A DNA stretch of 64,000 bases, from contig JBGPGO010000010.1 of the NCBI GenBank assembly GCA_041483895.1, forward strand, positions 64,001 to 128,000, given 5' to 3'. Source of the stretch: Fimbriimonadia bacterium. GTDB taxonomy: Bacteria; Armatimonadota; Fimbriimonadia; Fimbriimonadales; JABRVX01. Shown one piece after another: positions 9,037 through 18,946 of this stretch (position 1 is its first letter; the number at the start of each line of letters is the position of its first letter). The position numbers were made by a program, and so were the translations under genes. Under the pieces are notes generated by a model. That model worked only from the letters and a program-made list of their open reading frames with translations. It ran no database searches and had not been told where the DNA came from.

Positions 9037-10775
9037 CCGTCGAGGATCTTCTGCTGCACAGGGGTCAGCCTGTCCGAAACGGAAAGGACCGCCTCGGACT
9101 GGCTCATCGCCGTAATCGTGCCGGTGAACTCCATCTTCGTCCCGCGCCGCAGCACCTGGACCACATAGCTGTCGTTGGGCTTTACACCTTGCAATGGGGT
9201 GGCCGCGCCGCGAACATCCTTCTCGTTTACCTTCAGCAGCACGTCCCCAACCTGAAGACCGATCTGGGTAGCGATCGCGTGCACCTCGCTCACTCGCGGG
9301 TACGCCGTCGTTCCGGGCAGTTCCGTGCTAAATCCCGCATCCGTCTTCGGCTGGGACGCCTCATAGTGCAGGCCCGCGGCGGCGAACAGCTCCTGATAGG
9401 GGGGTTCCTTCGTCGAGCGCACCAAGACATCATAAAGCTCCGTGAAATCCTGGCCGGTGACCTCGTTTATCGTAGTAAGGATCCCATCCTCTTCGTATCC
9501 CGGTTTGGGCGGATTGTGCTCCTTCATCAGGGTCCGCATCACATCATCCAGCGACTTCTGGCCGCCGGTCCGAGCGCGAATGGCGATATCCAGCATGGCG
9601 CCGATCACAAATCCCTTGTTGTAATAGCTGAGGTTGCCGTACCCCATGCTGCCGCCCTCCCAGCCCTTCCAACTCGCGTCCTCCGCCGTGTACCGAAGGC
9701 GGTCGCTCGAGCCAAACAGCCCATTGATCTCGCCCAGCACGCGGCCGAGCCATCCCGCCTTGTCCATCATGCCGGCTCGATACATCGCGCGGTCGCCGTA
9801 ATAGCTCGTGACCCCCTCGGCAAACCACAAATTCTTCGTCCGCTGCTCGCCGCCAAAGTCGAACGGTCCCAGTATCTTTGGCCGAATGCGCTTGACGTTC
9901 CACAGATGAAAAAACTCGTGCGAGGCCAGCCCGCGGATATCGAGATTCTCGCGATCGCCGATGGCCAGCGTCGTCGATGCGCGGTGTTCCAAACCGCCGC
10001 CAAAACTGCCGACGTCCATGTGGATGTTGAACATGTATCGCTTCATGGGCGCGCCGCCGAATAGGGCGATGTGGGTCTCGGCAATCTTTTTCAGGTCCGC
10101 GACCACCTTGGCGGGGTCCGCGTGCATCTCGCCACGATAGGTGAACGTCGCGAACATGGGCACGCCGGCCGCCTCGAAATCCACCCGCTTGAATTTCCCC
10201 AGCTCAAACGGGCTGTCAATCAATTCTTCGAAGTCCTTCGCCTTGAATGTGGCAGGTTGCGGACCCTCCTCCAAAGGCGTCGCGATCTGCCAGCCAACGG
10301 GAAGATCGAAATGGATGGACACCGGCTCCAACGTCCGTCCTTTGATATACATGCAGGTCGAGACCGCATTGATGAACCCATGATCCGGCTCCAAATGAGC
10401 AGCGAAGAACCCGAATCCGGGATCGGTGGCTTTCACATCGTAGCTGATTTTAACTAACGGGGAGCCGTCGCTTCGGATCTCCCACAACCGATCTTCCGGC
10501 GTCGCGATGTGCAATTCCCGCCCATTCGCCTCTGCCCGAACGTGCGAAATCTGTTCCTGGTAGCGGGTAATCGTATACCATCCGGGACACCAATGAGATA
10601 TGCGGACCGGCAGCACGGAATCCCGCACGCCTTTCACAAACATTTCCACATGGAACACAGCCGACGCCGGGTCGGAAACCGTGACGGTGTAAGAAATCTT
10701 CTCCTGCGCCCAGGCTGATAGGGCTAGAACCAGACAGGCGAACACCATGGTTGGTCGGAAGCGGGTCAAACTCAA
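9021..10775 (-). CDS. M61 glycyl aminopeptidase with PDZ domain
   Basis: GGGLEH, SHEFFHLWNVKRIRP, LWFAEGVTSYY, SYYNKG; C-terminal GLQVGDVLLKVN. Confidence 0.93.
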   Translation of the reverse strand: MSLTRFRPTMVFACLVLALSAWAQEKISYTVTVSDPASAVFHVEMFVKGVRDSVLPVRISHWCPGWYTITRYQEQISHVRAEANGRELHIATPEDRLWEIRSDGSPLVKISYDVKATDPGFGFFAAHLEPDHGFINAVSTCMYIKGRTLEPVSIHFDLPVGWQIATPLEEGPQPATFKAKDFEELIDSPFELGKFKRVDFEAAGVPMFATFTYRGEMHADPAKVVADLKKIAETHIALFGGAPMKRYMFNIHMDVGSFGGGLEHRASTTLAIGDRENLDIRGLASHEFFHLWNVKRIRPKILGPFDFGGEQRTKNLWFAEGVTSYYGDRAMYRAGMMDKAGWLGRVLGEINGLFGSSDRLRYTAEDASWKGWEGGSMGYGNLSYYNKGFVIGAMLDIAIRARTGGQKSLDDVMRTLMKEHNPPKPGYEEDGILTTINEVTGQDFTELYDVLVRSTKEPPYQELFAAAGLHYEASQPKTDAGFSTELPGTTAYPRVSEVHAIATQIGLQVGDVLLKVNEKDVRGAATPLQGVKPNDSYVVQVLRRGTKMEFTGTITAMSQSEAVLSVSDRLTPVQQKILDGYFAR

Positions 10776-10867
10776 TTCGGCACCTCAGTCACTTAGACGC
10801 ACGGCCCGCAAGGGAGTGTTAATAGTAGGGCGAAAGACCAGCATCGCATAAGTATACTGAATGCTCC

Positions 10868-10987
10868 GTAACGCCGGCATCTTGCCGGCAACTACCGAAT
10901 GCTGGGAGCGCCGGCATCTCGCCGGCACTGCATGGACCGTAACGCTGGCATCCTGCCGGCATAATGCCGCCTGGAAGGCAGCGTTAC
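10868..10987. repeat. Cluster of four REP-like palindromes, family C
   Basis: Three GC(C/T)GGCATCYYGCCGGC units plus GCCGCCTGGAAGGCAGCGTTAC. Confidence 0.8.
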
Positions 10988-12693
10988 TTAATCCCTATCG
11001 GCTTCCCAACCGCCGCGCTCGGAAACGCCACCCCAAGAATCGTCGCTATCGTCGGCGCGATGTCCTCCGGCGAAACAGGATCGGTATATATCCCCTTCTT
11101 GATCCCCGGCCCGCGCATGAGCAATGCCACGTGCTGATCATACGTAAATGGCTGCCCGTGCGAGGTGCCGCCAGAACCCGAATCCATCTGCCACCACGGC
11201 TCCACCACCGCCACCACATCCCCGCACCGAGAGGCCAGGAACCCGCGCTCCAACGACCGACCAACCTCGGTGTGCGGCAGGCTGCCGGATAGAAACTGCG
11301 TCCTCGTGTAAGCGGCGAAAATCCCCGGCTGCCGGCGCAAGTATTCCGCCATGGCGTCCTCGACCTGCGCCTCCGTCACCGTGCGTCCCGCCAACGCCTT
11401 ATGATCGAAGTAGAACCACTGCTCACTGGCGCGAACGACAAATGAATTGCCGCCGGGAAACTTTGAGTTGAGGGTATCTGCGAGGCCCTTCTCCAAATTC
11501 TCCGCGGGCGTTCGGCCTACGGGAAACCCAACCTTGGCGGCCTCCTCCGGGATCGGCGCGACGCCGTGATCGGCGGTCAAAGTGATAAGGCAGGAATCCA
11601 GCCCCCCGGTAACATGTTTATCAAGCCATCCGAAGAAGTCGGAAAGTGCATGGTCTGTCCCCAAGCACATCTCCAAAACCTCAGGACTGTCGGGTCCAAA
11701 TCGGTGTCCGAGATAGTCGTTCGGCGATAGATTGATCGTGAGCGAATCCGGCACCTCGTCGCCGCCCATCGATCGGGCACCAATGGCCCGTTCGGCGCAA
11801 GTCAATATGTAATCGTTTCCCCACGGCGTAAATGTAAATCGATCGATCTCGCTCGATTTCTCTTTGTCCGGATCGTTTGCCCGCGCGGCATCGCCGGGGG
11901 GAAGAATGACGGGATGGGGGAATCGAGCGCCAAAGCCTTTCGCCGGAGTGACGTGGGACCTGTCCGGCTGCCACGCCCGGTCCAAGTTCGCTTTGCCGAC
12001 TGCGCTCAAATCCCATGTCGGCTGAATGAATTTGCGTACGAAATCTTCGTCGTCAATCTTCTGCGCCCAATCCGGAAGCTTGCCGTTTCGGCAATAGAAG
12101 TCGCTGCTTTCCAAATGTCCGTTCGATTTGTCCAGCCACACAACGTCGTCCGCCAATCGCCCCGCCATTAGGATGGCCGCGCGGTCCTTCATAGAAATCG
12201 ACACTACCATCGCTTTTCCGCCCGTCGCTCGCTTCAGCTCATCGCCAAACGTCGAAACAAGGAGGTTCTTCGGCGACATCGGTATTCCCACACCGCCAAT
12301 CACTTTCGCCGACAGATCCAGCACACAGTACATCGGCAGCAGGCTCCGCCGATCCAGCCATTCGTTGCCGACGATGCCTGTCAGATATGGGGGTGCGCCC
12401 GTGCCGATGACCGCATGTCCCGGTCCCGTGTAGGTGGGGAAATGCTGGAATTTCGCGTTCGTGAACCATGCGCCGGTCTCCATCAGATAGAGGAACCCAC
12501 CCGGCTTGCCGTTTTTCATGGCCGGTAGATAGAGGTCGCGATAACGAGTTAGGTAATCGGCGCGAAACTGGTCGATGGAGATCACCACTGCCAACCGCGG
12601 CTGTTGCTTCGCGAACATCGCCTGATCCAGAGTCGCCTGCCCATTGCTCCCCGCCACGAGTACCGCCAACAACGCGACCAACTTCACCTTCAT
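10984..12693 (-). CDS. Alkaline phosphatase / nucleotide pyrophosphatase family (PafA-like)
   Basis: ISIDQFRADYL, PTYTGPGHA, SMKDRAAI, DYLGHRFGP, LTADHG, GTSHG. Confidence 0.92.
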   Translation of the reverse strand: MKVKLVALLAVLVAGSNGQATLDQAMFAKQQPRLAVVISIDQFRADYLTRYRDLYLPAMKNGKPGGFLYLMETGAWFTNAKFQHFPTYTGPGHAVIGTGAPPYLTGIVGNEWLDRRSLLPMYCVLDLSAKVIGGVGIPMSPKNLLVSTFGDELKRATGGKAMVVSISMKDRAAILMAGRLADDVVWLDKSNGHLESSDFYCRNGKLPDWAQKIDDEDFVRKFIQPTWDLSAVGKANLDRAWQPDRSHVTPAKGFGARFPHPVILPPGDAARANDPDKEKSSEIDRFTFTPWGNDYILTCAERAIGARSMGGDEVPDSLTINLSPNDYLGHRFGPDSPEVLEMCLGTDHALSDFFGWLDKHVTGGLDSCLITLTADHGVAPIPEEAAKVGFPVGRTPAENLEKGLADTLNSKFPGGNSFVVRASEQWFYFDHKALAGRTVTEAQVEDAMAEYLRRQPGIFAAYTRTQFLSGSLPHTEVGRSLERGFLASRCGDVVAVVEPWWQMDSGSGGTSHGQPFTYDQHVALLMRGPGIKKGIYTDPVSPEDIAPTIATILGVAFPSAAVGKPIGIK

Positions 12694-12727
12694 CCCAATT
12701 CCTCCCTGACTCTGACATATTAATTCT

Positions 12728-12783
12728 GTAGGCGCGGGTCCGAATGGCAATTCGTATCAACTGGCAACACGCCAAGGCCCGCG
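12728..12783 (+). repeat. Family D element (GTAGGCGCGGG-N39-CCCGCG)
   Basis: One of five intergenic copies. Confidence 0.75.
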
Positions 12784-12816
12784 CGACAACGACCACCCAT
12801 CTTACCAAACAAATTG

Positions 12817-15081
12817 TTACCGTTTGGCTAACGAAGAAACCCCCGCCGAAACGCACACCATCAACCCGATCAATGAAAGGAAAAACCCAACGCGAAACGT
12901 CGCCGGCTCATACCGCGCCACGATCCGGTCCGAAGAACGCGTGGCATGCGCAAACACCCAAGGCGTATCGCGGGCCTGCTCCGGGACGCCCAATTCCTTC
13001 CCATCACCAAACACCCGCCAACCGGGAGCGTTCGGTATCTTCAAGCCCAGCGTTCCGGCCCCAGATACCTCTGTCACCACGACATTCGGCCCCCGCCAAG
13101 AAACCTCCACAGGTGTCATCCCCGACTGTTCCCCATCAAACAGCCCCAACGGCATGGGATGCGGGATCTCATAGATCGCCGGCGACTCGCCCGGCTTCGA
13201 TCGCAATACCAGCGGCGGCAAATCCCCAATCGGCTCACGCGTCACGATATATCGCACGCCCAATGTCGCCAGCACGGACCGCATGCCGCCCGGCTTCACG
13301 AACATCATATTGCCGTTTTCTTGCGGCGCGCTGTCCTCGCCGTTCAGCGCGTCCAAAACATCTTTCTTGATCTGTTTCAAGATGATCGAATCGTATCCGC
13401 CGACCTCGTCAAACCCATACGCGAGGGCCGAATTGGGGGGCAACACTGCCTCGGATGGATAGTCTCGCATTCCCCACCTGTCGTTGATGATCGCGACTCG
13501 GTACGGTGTGGCCCGCCGCAGCAGTTCGAGCCCCGGAAACGCGGGATACACTTCCGACGCCTTGGCGGTGGTATTGAAGTCCGCGGCGAACGGCGCCAGG
13601 GTAGCGATCTGGAGGAGCAGGATCGCCGGCCGCAATGGCATCCACCCCAGCGGCTCTCGGAAGAAGCTCAGCCCGATCCCCAGCGTCAGCAGTCCAGCAG
13701 CCAGCATCAGGATCGGCCCATGCGCGCTGACGCCGGTTCCGTATGATGCCGCGATCACAATGATCGCGACGGTGGCAAGAATCTGCATGGCACAAAGGCC
13801 CCACGCGAGTCGCTGCTTCGGCGCTGCCTTCTGATCCTCGTTGAGCCGTTGCCATCCAAACCCCGCGAGCACGGCAATCGCGACGGCGGAAAGACAGAGG
13901 ATACGCGCCGGGCTCCCGGTCGCCGACCACCCCGGCACGCCGAAATAAAGCAGCCGATTGAGCGGCGTCCCCAAAGCGATCAGCCACGCGAAAGCGGCCA
14001 ACCCCCCGAACAGCCCGACAACATGCCCGCCAACCCGAAATCGGACCAAAGCATACGCCGCAAGCGCAAGCCCGACCCAGCCCAGGAAGGATGCATATTC
14101 CGGCAACGGCTGCTCGCCCGAGTAGGCCCCCTCCTCCGGATGCGAGGCCAATGCGCTCCCGTAGGCGGGATTGCCGTTGAAATAGGGGTCAGATATCAGT
14201 CCGGCCTGCGCGCCAGGCATCGCCAGCCGCACGTAGAACGGATAGGCCTCCTCCGTCGGGCTGGCAGCCCTGTGTGACAGTTTCCCCATCTCGTACGTCG
14301 GCAGGAACTGCACCGCCGCCAGCATCCCCGCCATCGCCAACCCCGCAACCGAGCAGGCCAGCCCCCGTGGAACCGACCCGCGCTGCCAAAAGGCGAGATG
14401 CCCCACCGCCAGCGCCGCGGCAATGAGCCCATAGACCGCTATCTGTAAGTGCCCAGCCAGCACCATCATCCCACCGCAAACCCCGACGCGGACAACGGCC
14501 CCAAAATCCGGACGCCCCCAAAGCCTCAGAACGGCCGCCAGCAGCCAAGGAATCCAGGACGCCGTCATCGGCACCGAGGGAAGCTGGAGCCAGGCGACAA
14601 ACCACTGTGACAGCTCGAACGTGGCGCCCGCGAACAGCCCGGCCCCCGCCGAGCAGCCCAGCCGCCGAAGCAGCACGTACATCCCCAGCCCAGCCCACAC
14701 CAAATGCAGCCACGCCGACAGGCCCATCGCCGCCAACGTCCCCAGCGGCGCCAGCAGCCAATGCACCGGATAAAAAACCGCGCTCTGCGAATTCCCCAGG
14801 AACGGCGTGCCAAGCAGCTCGTGCCGGTTCCACAGCGGCACGTCCCCGCGCCGCAAATTCCGATACAGATAATTCCGCCACGGGTAGAACTGCGCTACCC
14901 CATCCCACCGCAGCACATCCCACGCCTCCGTTGGCTGGGAGCCCCACGGCGCGATCCCCCTCTGCATCCCCGCAGGCACGAAGGCCTCGCCAAGGAACAC
15001 CACGCGCCAAAGCGGGATCACAGCAAGAATGCAGAAGAATAGGGCGGCGATCAGAAATGCGCGGGCGGGAGAGGTTCCCAT
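12817..15081 (-). CDS. YfhO-family polytopic membrane protein (probable GT-C glycosyltransferase)
   Basis: QFYPWR, PLWNRHELLGTPF, LAGHLQ, GGYDS, PGWRV; multiple TM segments. Confidence 0.85.
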   Translation of the reverse strand: MGTSPARAFLIAALFFCILAVIPLWRVVFLGEAFVPAGMQRGIAPWGSQPTEAWDVLRWDGVAQFYPWRNYLYRNLRRGDVPLWNRHELLGTPFLGNSQSAVFYPVHWLLAPLGTLAAMGLSAWLHLVWAGLGMYVLLRRLGCSAGAGLFAGATFELSQWFVAWLQLPSVPMTASWIPWLLAAVLRLWGRPDFGAVVRVGVCGGMMVLAGHLQIAVYGLIAAALAVGHLAFWQRGSVPRGLACSVAGLAMAGMLAAVQFLPTYEMGKLSHRAASPTEEAYPFYVRLAMPGAQAGLISDPYFNGNPAYGSALASHPEEGAYSGEQPLPEYASFLGWVGLALAAYALVRFRVGGHVVGLFGGLAAFAWLIALGTPLNRLLYFGVPGWSATGSPARILCLSAVAIAVLAGFGWQRLNEDQKAAPKQRLAWGLCAMQILATVAIIVIAASYGTGVSAHGPILMLAAGLLTLGIGLSFFREPLGWMPLRPAILLLQIATLAPFAADFNTTAKASEVYPAFPGLELLRRATPYRVAIINDRWGMRDYPSEAVLPPNSALAYGFDEVGGYDSIILKQIKKDVLDALNGEDSAPQENGNMMFVKPGGMRSVLATLGVRYIVTREPIGDLPPLVLRSKPGESPAIYEIPHPMPLGLFDGEQSGMTPVEVSWRGPNVVVTEVSGAGTLGLKIPNAPGWRVFGDGKELGVPEQARDTPWVFAHATRSSDRIVARYEPATFRVGFFLSLIGLMVCVSAGVSSLAKR

Positions 15082-15082
15082 A

Positions 15083-15433
15083 TTACGGGAAGTAGGCGAG
15101 TTGCTTGGCCGCGTTGTCGTTCGCGGGATCCAGGGCAAGGACCGCCTCGAACTGCGCCCGCGCCTCGTCGTTGTAGCCGAGCATCATGTAGGTCATACCC
15201 AAATCGTAGCGCGCCTTGACGTGGTTTGGATTCAACTTGACGGCCTTCTCGAGGGCCGCGAGTGACGCGTCGAAGTCACCCAGAAAGCATTGAACCAGAC
15301 CTATCTGCCAATGCGCGTCCGGGTTATCGGGATCTTCGTCGACGCAGGCCTGTAAATCGCTTACGGCTTCGTCGTATCTGCCTGCCTCTTTCGCAGCTAC
15401 GGCTCGGTCGAAAAGCTCCGCTATGGTACTCAA
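15083..15433 (-). CDS. Small TPR protein
   Basis: Three TPR motifs; probable TTG start at 15433 after GGAG. Confidence 0.85.
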   Translation of the reverse strand: MSTIAELFDRAVAAKEAGRYDEAVSDLQACVDEDPDNPDAHWQIGLVQCFLGDFDASLAALEKAVKLNPNHVKARYDLGMTYMMLGYNDEARAQFEAVLALDPANDNAAKQLAYFP

Positions 15434-15533
15434 GCCGCTTGTCTCCGAAGATGTATATGGGGCATCGGTGTCGACACGGACAATAATCGTCAGTATAGCA
15501 TGGGTCCAGGCCATCGTCAAGGGAGAGTAGCCT

Positions 15534-17558
15534 CTGGAAGCAATCGCTACAAATCAATCGACTCATACCGGGGCGGGGCTCGAACTGCTGGCCGAGTTCG
15601 CTTCGTTCGGCGCTTCGCCCGATCGTCTGCGCCGCCTGGCAAAGGGGTTGCGGGCGCGCGGATGCTGGCTGTTGGTGCGTTCCGAATGCGAAGATTGCCT
15701 CCGATTTGAGGAAGGCTGGGGCGGCTCCCTTCGAACCTGGCGAAAACTAAAGCTGCCAATTCAGGAGCTGCCGCTGGCGGAACTGCCACTCAACCACGGC
15801 TTTCCCATCGGCCCGTGTATCTCAGAAACCATCCGAGAACCGGACGGATCGTTGCGCGGCATGTTCTTCGTTGCCCGGCAGGAAGGCGCCCCCGCATTTT
15901 CCGAGGAAGAACGGCTGCTGGTCTATGCGATCACCACCCATTTGGCAACCGACATCGCAAACCGCCGGCTCCAAATGCGATTGAATGCCCTGACCACGCT
16001 CATCGATGAAGCAACAAGCGCAAAGGACCCTGACAAATTCCTAACTTACATGGCGGATGAGGCGCTGACCTCGCTCGGCTTCGCCCGCTGCGCCGTATTC
16101 CTCGTGGAAAGCGGGCCAAAGGGCCGCTGTCTGTCCTTGGTCGTGAATCGGGGATATCCAAGTCGAAGCTTCCCGTCCAAAGGCTTGCGCTGCTCCCCGG
16201 ACACGCTGTTGGGCACTGTCGTATGCTTTGGCCGAACGATCGTGGGCTCCAGCGACGACGCGCATCGTGGCTTTCGGCGGATGATGGGCGCTAGCTCCTT
16301 CGTTGCGGTCCCAATCCTGTCCGAGCGGGCGGTCATCGGTGTGATGCTTGCGGACAATCGGATCGGCGCCCAGACGATTGGGCCGGAGCGGACCACTCTC
16401 TTGGCGCTGTTTGCCGATCAGGCGGGGGGGGTGCTCGAACGGCTGCGGTCCAACGCCTCATTGGCCTCATCCGCGTCCGACATCGATGTTTCTCGCGCCT
16501 TCCTGCAGCAGGTCCTCGAGTCTCTGGGAGCCGGCGTTGCCGCGATAGACGGCAACGGCAATATGACGGCATGGAACCCGCGGATGGAGGCGATCCTCGG
16601 TATTCCGGCTGCCGACGTGCTGGGTCAACCCCTCGCACAGGTGTTTCAGTCCAGCCTCCGCGCCGATTCGACTGAACCCATCGTTGAGGCAATCGCCACA
16701 GGCATCGAGACAAATCATCAGACAAACCTCTGGCAGCAGCGGGTCGAGCGCCTCGATGGTCAGGTTCTCGCCCTCAATATGGTCTTTGCCCCAATGGGAG
16801 TTGGGCTGCCACTCGGATCCGGCCTCACTATCGTCGCCGAAGATGTGACGGATCGGGTCATCTTGGGTACGGAAATGGAACGGATGCGCCATCTCGCCCA
16901 GGTCGGTCAATTCACCGCCCAAATCGCCCACGAGCTTCGCAATCCGCTCACCAGCATTCGCGGGGCCGCCCAACTGCTGAGGCAACTGGATGTAAGCAAA
17001 GACGCGCAGGAATTCTCCGAGATCATATTACAAGAGGTCAACGCCCTCAACGGAATTGCCGATGACTTCCTTGACTTCGCCCGCCCGGTCGAGCTGCATC
17101 TGGAGGAGGCGGACATTGCAGAATCCCTCGAGGAGCTGGCGAACCTGTGGAAGCCGATGGTCAAGGACCGTGGTATTCGGATCACCTTGAAGCATGGCGC
17201 CGAAGTGCCGAAAATCTGGATCGATCGGCCTCGCATGGCGCAAGTGTTCCGCAACCTGATCCTGAACGCCATCCAAGCTATGCCGGATGGGGGGAAACTC
17301 GCACTGTCCTCGTCTTTCGACCCGACGCTTGCCGAAGTGAGCGTCTTCGTCCGCGATTCGGGCTTTGGGATGACCCCCGACCAGGTCAGGCGGGTGTTCG
17401 AGCCGTTCTTCACAACCAAGACCAAGGGGACCGGGCTGGGGATGTCGGTGGTGGACAAACTGGTTCGCGCGCACGGCGGCAGCATCGGCGTGCGGTCGGA
17501 TCTGGGTAAAGGCACGGAGTTCGAAATACGGTTGTCGGCGCATCCCCCAGTGCAATAA
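15534..17558 (+). CDS. GAF/PAS sensor histidine kinase
   Basis: AHELRNPL H-box, [25 protein letters not shown]. Frame open back to 15531; possible CTG start at 15534 (track start 15648). Confidence 0.9.
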   Translation: MEAIATNQSTHTGAGLELLAEFASFGASPDRLRRLAKGLRARGCWLLVRSECEDCLRFEEGWGGSLRTWRKLKLPIQELPLAELPLNHGFPIGPCISETIREPDGSLRGMFFVARQEGAPAFSEEERLLVYAITTHLATDIANRRLQMRLNALTTLIDEATSAKDPDKFLTYMADEALTSLGFARCAVFLVESGPKGRCLSLVVNRGYPSRSFPSKGLRCSPDTLLGTVVCFGRTIVGSSDDAHRGFRRMMGASSFVAVPILSERAVIGVMLADNRIGAQTIGPERTTLLALFADQAGGVLERLRSNASLASSASDIDVSRAFLQQVLESLGAGVAAIDGNGNMTAWNPRMEAILGIPAADVLGQPLAQVFQSSLRADSTEPIVEAIATGIETNHQTNLWQQRVERLDGQVLALNMVFAPMGVGLPLGSGLTIVAEDVTDRVILGTEMERMRHLAQVGQFTAQIAHELRNPLTSIRGAAQLLRQLDVSKDAQEFSEIILQEVNALNGIADDFLDFARPVELHLEEADIAESLEELANLWKPMVKDRGIRITLKHGAEVPKIWIDRPRMAQVFRNLILNAIQAMPDGGKLALSSSFDPTLAEVSVFVRDSGFGMTPDQVRRVFEPFFTTKTKGTGLGMSVVDKLVRAHGGSIGVRSDLGKGTEFEIRLSAHPPVQ

Positions 17559-17569
17559 AAATGGAATTT

Positions 17570-17624
17570 GTAGGCGCGGGTCAGCCTTGCAGATGGTTTC
17601 GATTGCCGATACCAGAGACCCGCG
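17570..17624 (+). repeat. Family D element (GTAGGCGCGGG-N38-CCCGCG)
   Basis: Lies between the kinase and the regulator. Confidence 0.75.
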
Positions 17625-17655
17625 TTGGGTGATGATGGCCCAAGAGGGAGGAAAT

Positions 17656-18834
17656 TTGGCAGAACCGAAAACCACAATCCTGGTTGTTGACGACGAACCG
17701 AATATCCGGCGCATCCTTCAGGCCGCGTTCGAGCGCGACGGCCATCGCGTCTTGGTGGCCGAAAACGGATGCAAGGCGATCGAGGTCATGGGAAAAGAGA
17801 CCCCGGACCTGGTGTTGTCCGACGTCGTCATGCCGGATATGGGCGGCTCGGAACTGCTCGTCTGGCTGCGGGATAATCGGCCGGAAATCGTCCCCGTCCT
17901 GATGACCTCCTTCGGAACCATCCCCGCCGCCGTCCACGCCATGCGACTCGGCGCCTTCGATTACGTCAGCAAGCCGTTCGACCTCGATGTTCTGAAAAAG
18001 GTGATCGCCGCCGCGCTGGAAGACAGAGGCAGCGCCAAGCCGAAGAAGAAGCGCGGGACAAAGGGCAAGGCATTGGACGTCATCGCCGTGGGTCCGAAGA
18101 TGCAAGCCGTGATGCAGATGATCGAGCAGGTGGCCGATTCCCGTGCGACCGTGCTGCTGACGGGCGAGAGCGGAACCGGCAAAGAGGTGATCGCGAAGGC
18201 CCTCCATGAGCAGAGCGCTCGGTCGGGCAAGCTGTTTGTGGCCCTCAGTTGCGCCGCCATTCCCGAAACGCTCTTGGAAGCCGAGCTGTTCGGTCACGAG
18301 AAGGGCGCATTTACCGGTGCCGCTGGCCAGCGCATCGGCCGGTTCGAGGCCGCCGACGGCGGGACGTTGTTCTTGGACGAAATCGGTGAGGTGCCCGCGG
18401 GCATCCAGGTAAAGCTGCTGCGGGTCATCCAAGAACGCGAGATCGTGCGACTGGGCAGCACGAAACCGATCAAGGTGGATGTTCGAATGGTCGCCGCCAC
18501 CAATCGCAACCTGCAGGAGGCCGTGGACGCGGGGACCTTCCGCCTGGACCTCTACTACCGCCTGCAAGTGGTCGCCATCGAGCTGCCTCCGCTGCGGGAG
18601 CGCCCGGAAGACCTGCCGGTTCTCGCCGAGCACTTCATGAAGAAGTACAACGCCGAAAACTCCCGCTCCCTTACCACCATCCATCCGGCCGCCCTCGCCG
18701 CGCTGCACTCCCACCGATGGCCCGGCAACGTGCGGGAGTTGGAGAACGTGATCGAGCGCGCCGTCGTCCTCTCCAAATCCGACGCCACCGAAATCACCCT
18801 CGATCTCCTCCCGCCGACACTGAAGGCAGCGTAG
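17656..18834 (+). CDS. Sigma54-dependent response regulator (REC + AAA+), no C-terminal HTH
   Basis: [44 protein letters not shown]; ends LLPPTLKAA. Confidence 0.92.
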   Translation: MAEPKTTILVVDDEPNIRRILQAAFERDGHRVLVAENGCKAIEVMGKETPDLVLSDVVMPDMGGSELLVWLRDNRPEIVPVLMTSFGTIPAAVHAMRLGAFDYVSKPFDLDVLKKVIAAALEDRGSAKPKKKRGTKGKALDVIAVGPKMQAVMQMIEQVADSRATVLLTGESGTGKEVIAKALHEQSARSGKLFVALSCAAIPETLLEAELFGHEKGAFTGAAGQRIGRFEAADGGTLFLDEIGEVPAGIQVKLLRVIQEREIVRLGSTKPIKVDVRMVAATNRNLQEAVDAGTFRLDLYYRLQVVAIELPPLRERPEDLPVLAEHFMKKYNAENSRSLTTIHPAALAALHSHRWPGNVRELENVIERAVVLSKSDATEITLDLLPPTLKAA

Positions 18835-18946
18835 TCCCGCCCTTCCTCCTCTCTTCCTAGCCTATCCAGACCTGAACGGCAAAAGATGTGGTTGGCGGAG
18901 ATCCATGTCCGCAGGTTTCCTCGGCCCACTGCGAGAATGAAGGAGC

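Noticed and set aside
8907..10064. 385-aa plus-strand ORF
   Set aside because: Antisense shadow of the M61 peptidase.
17581..18714. 377-aa minus-strand ORF
   Set aside because: Antisense shadow of the sigma54 regulator.
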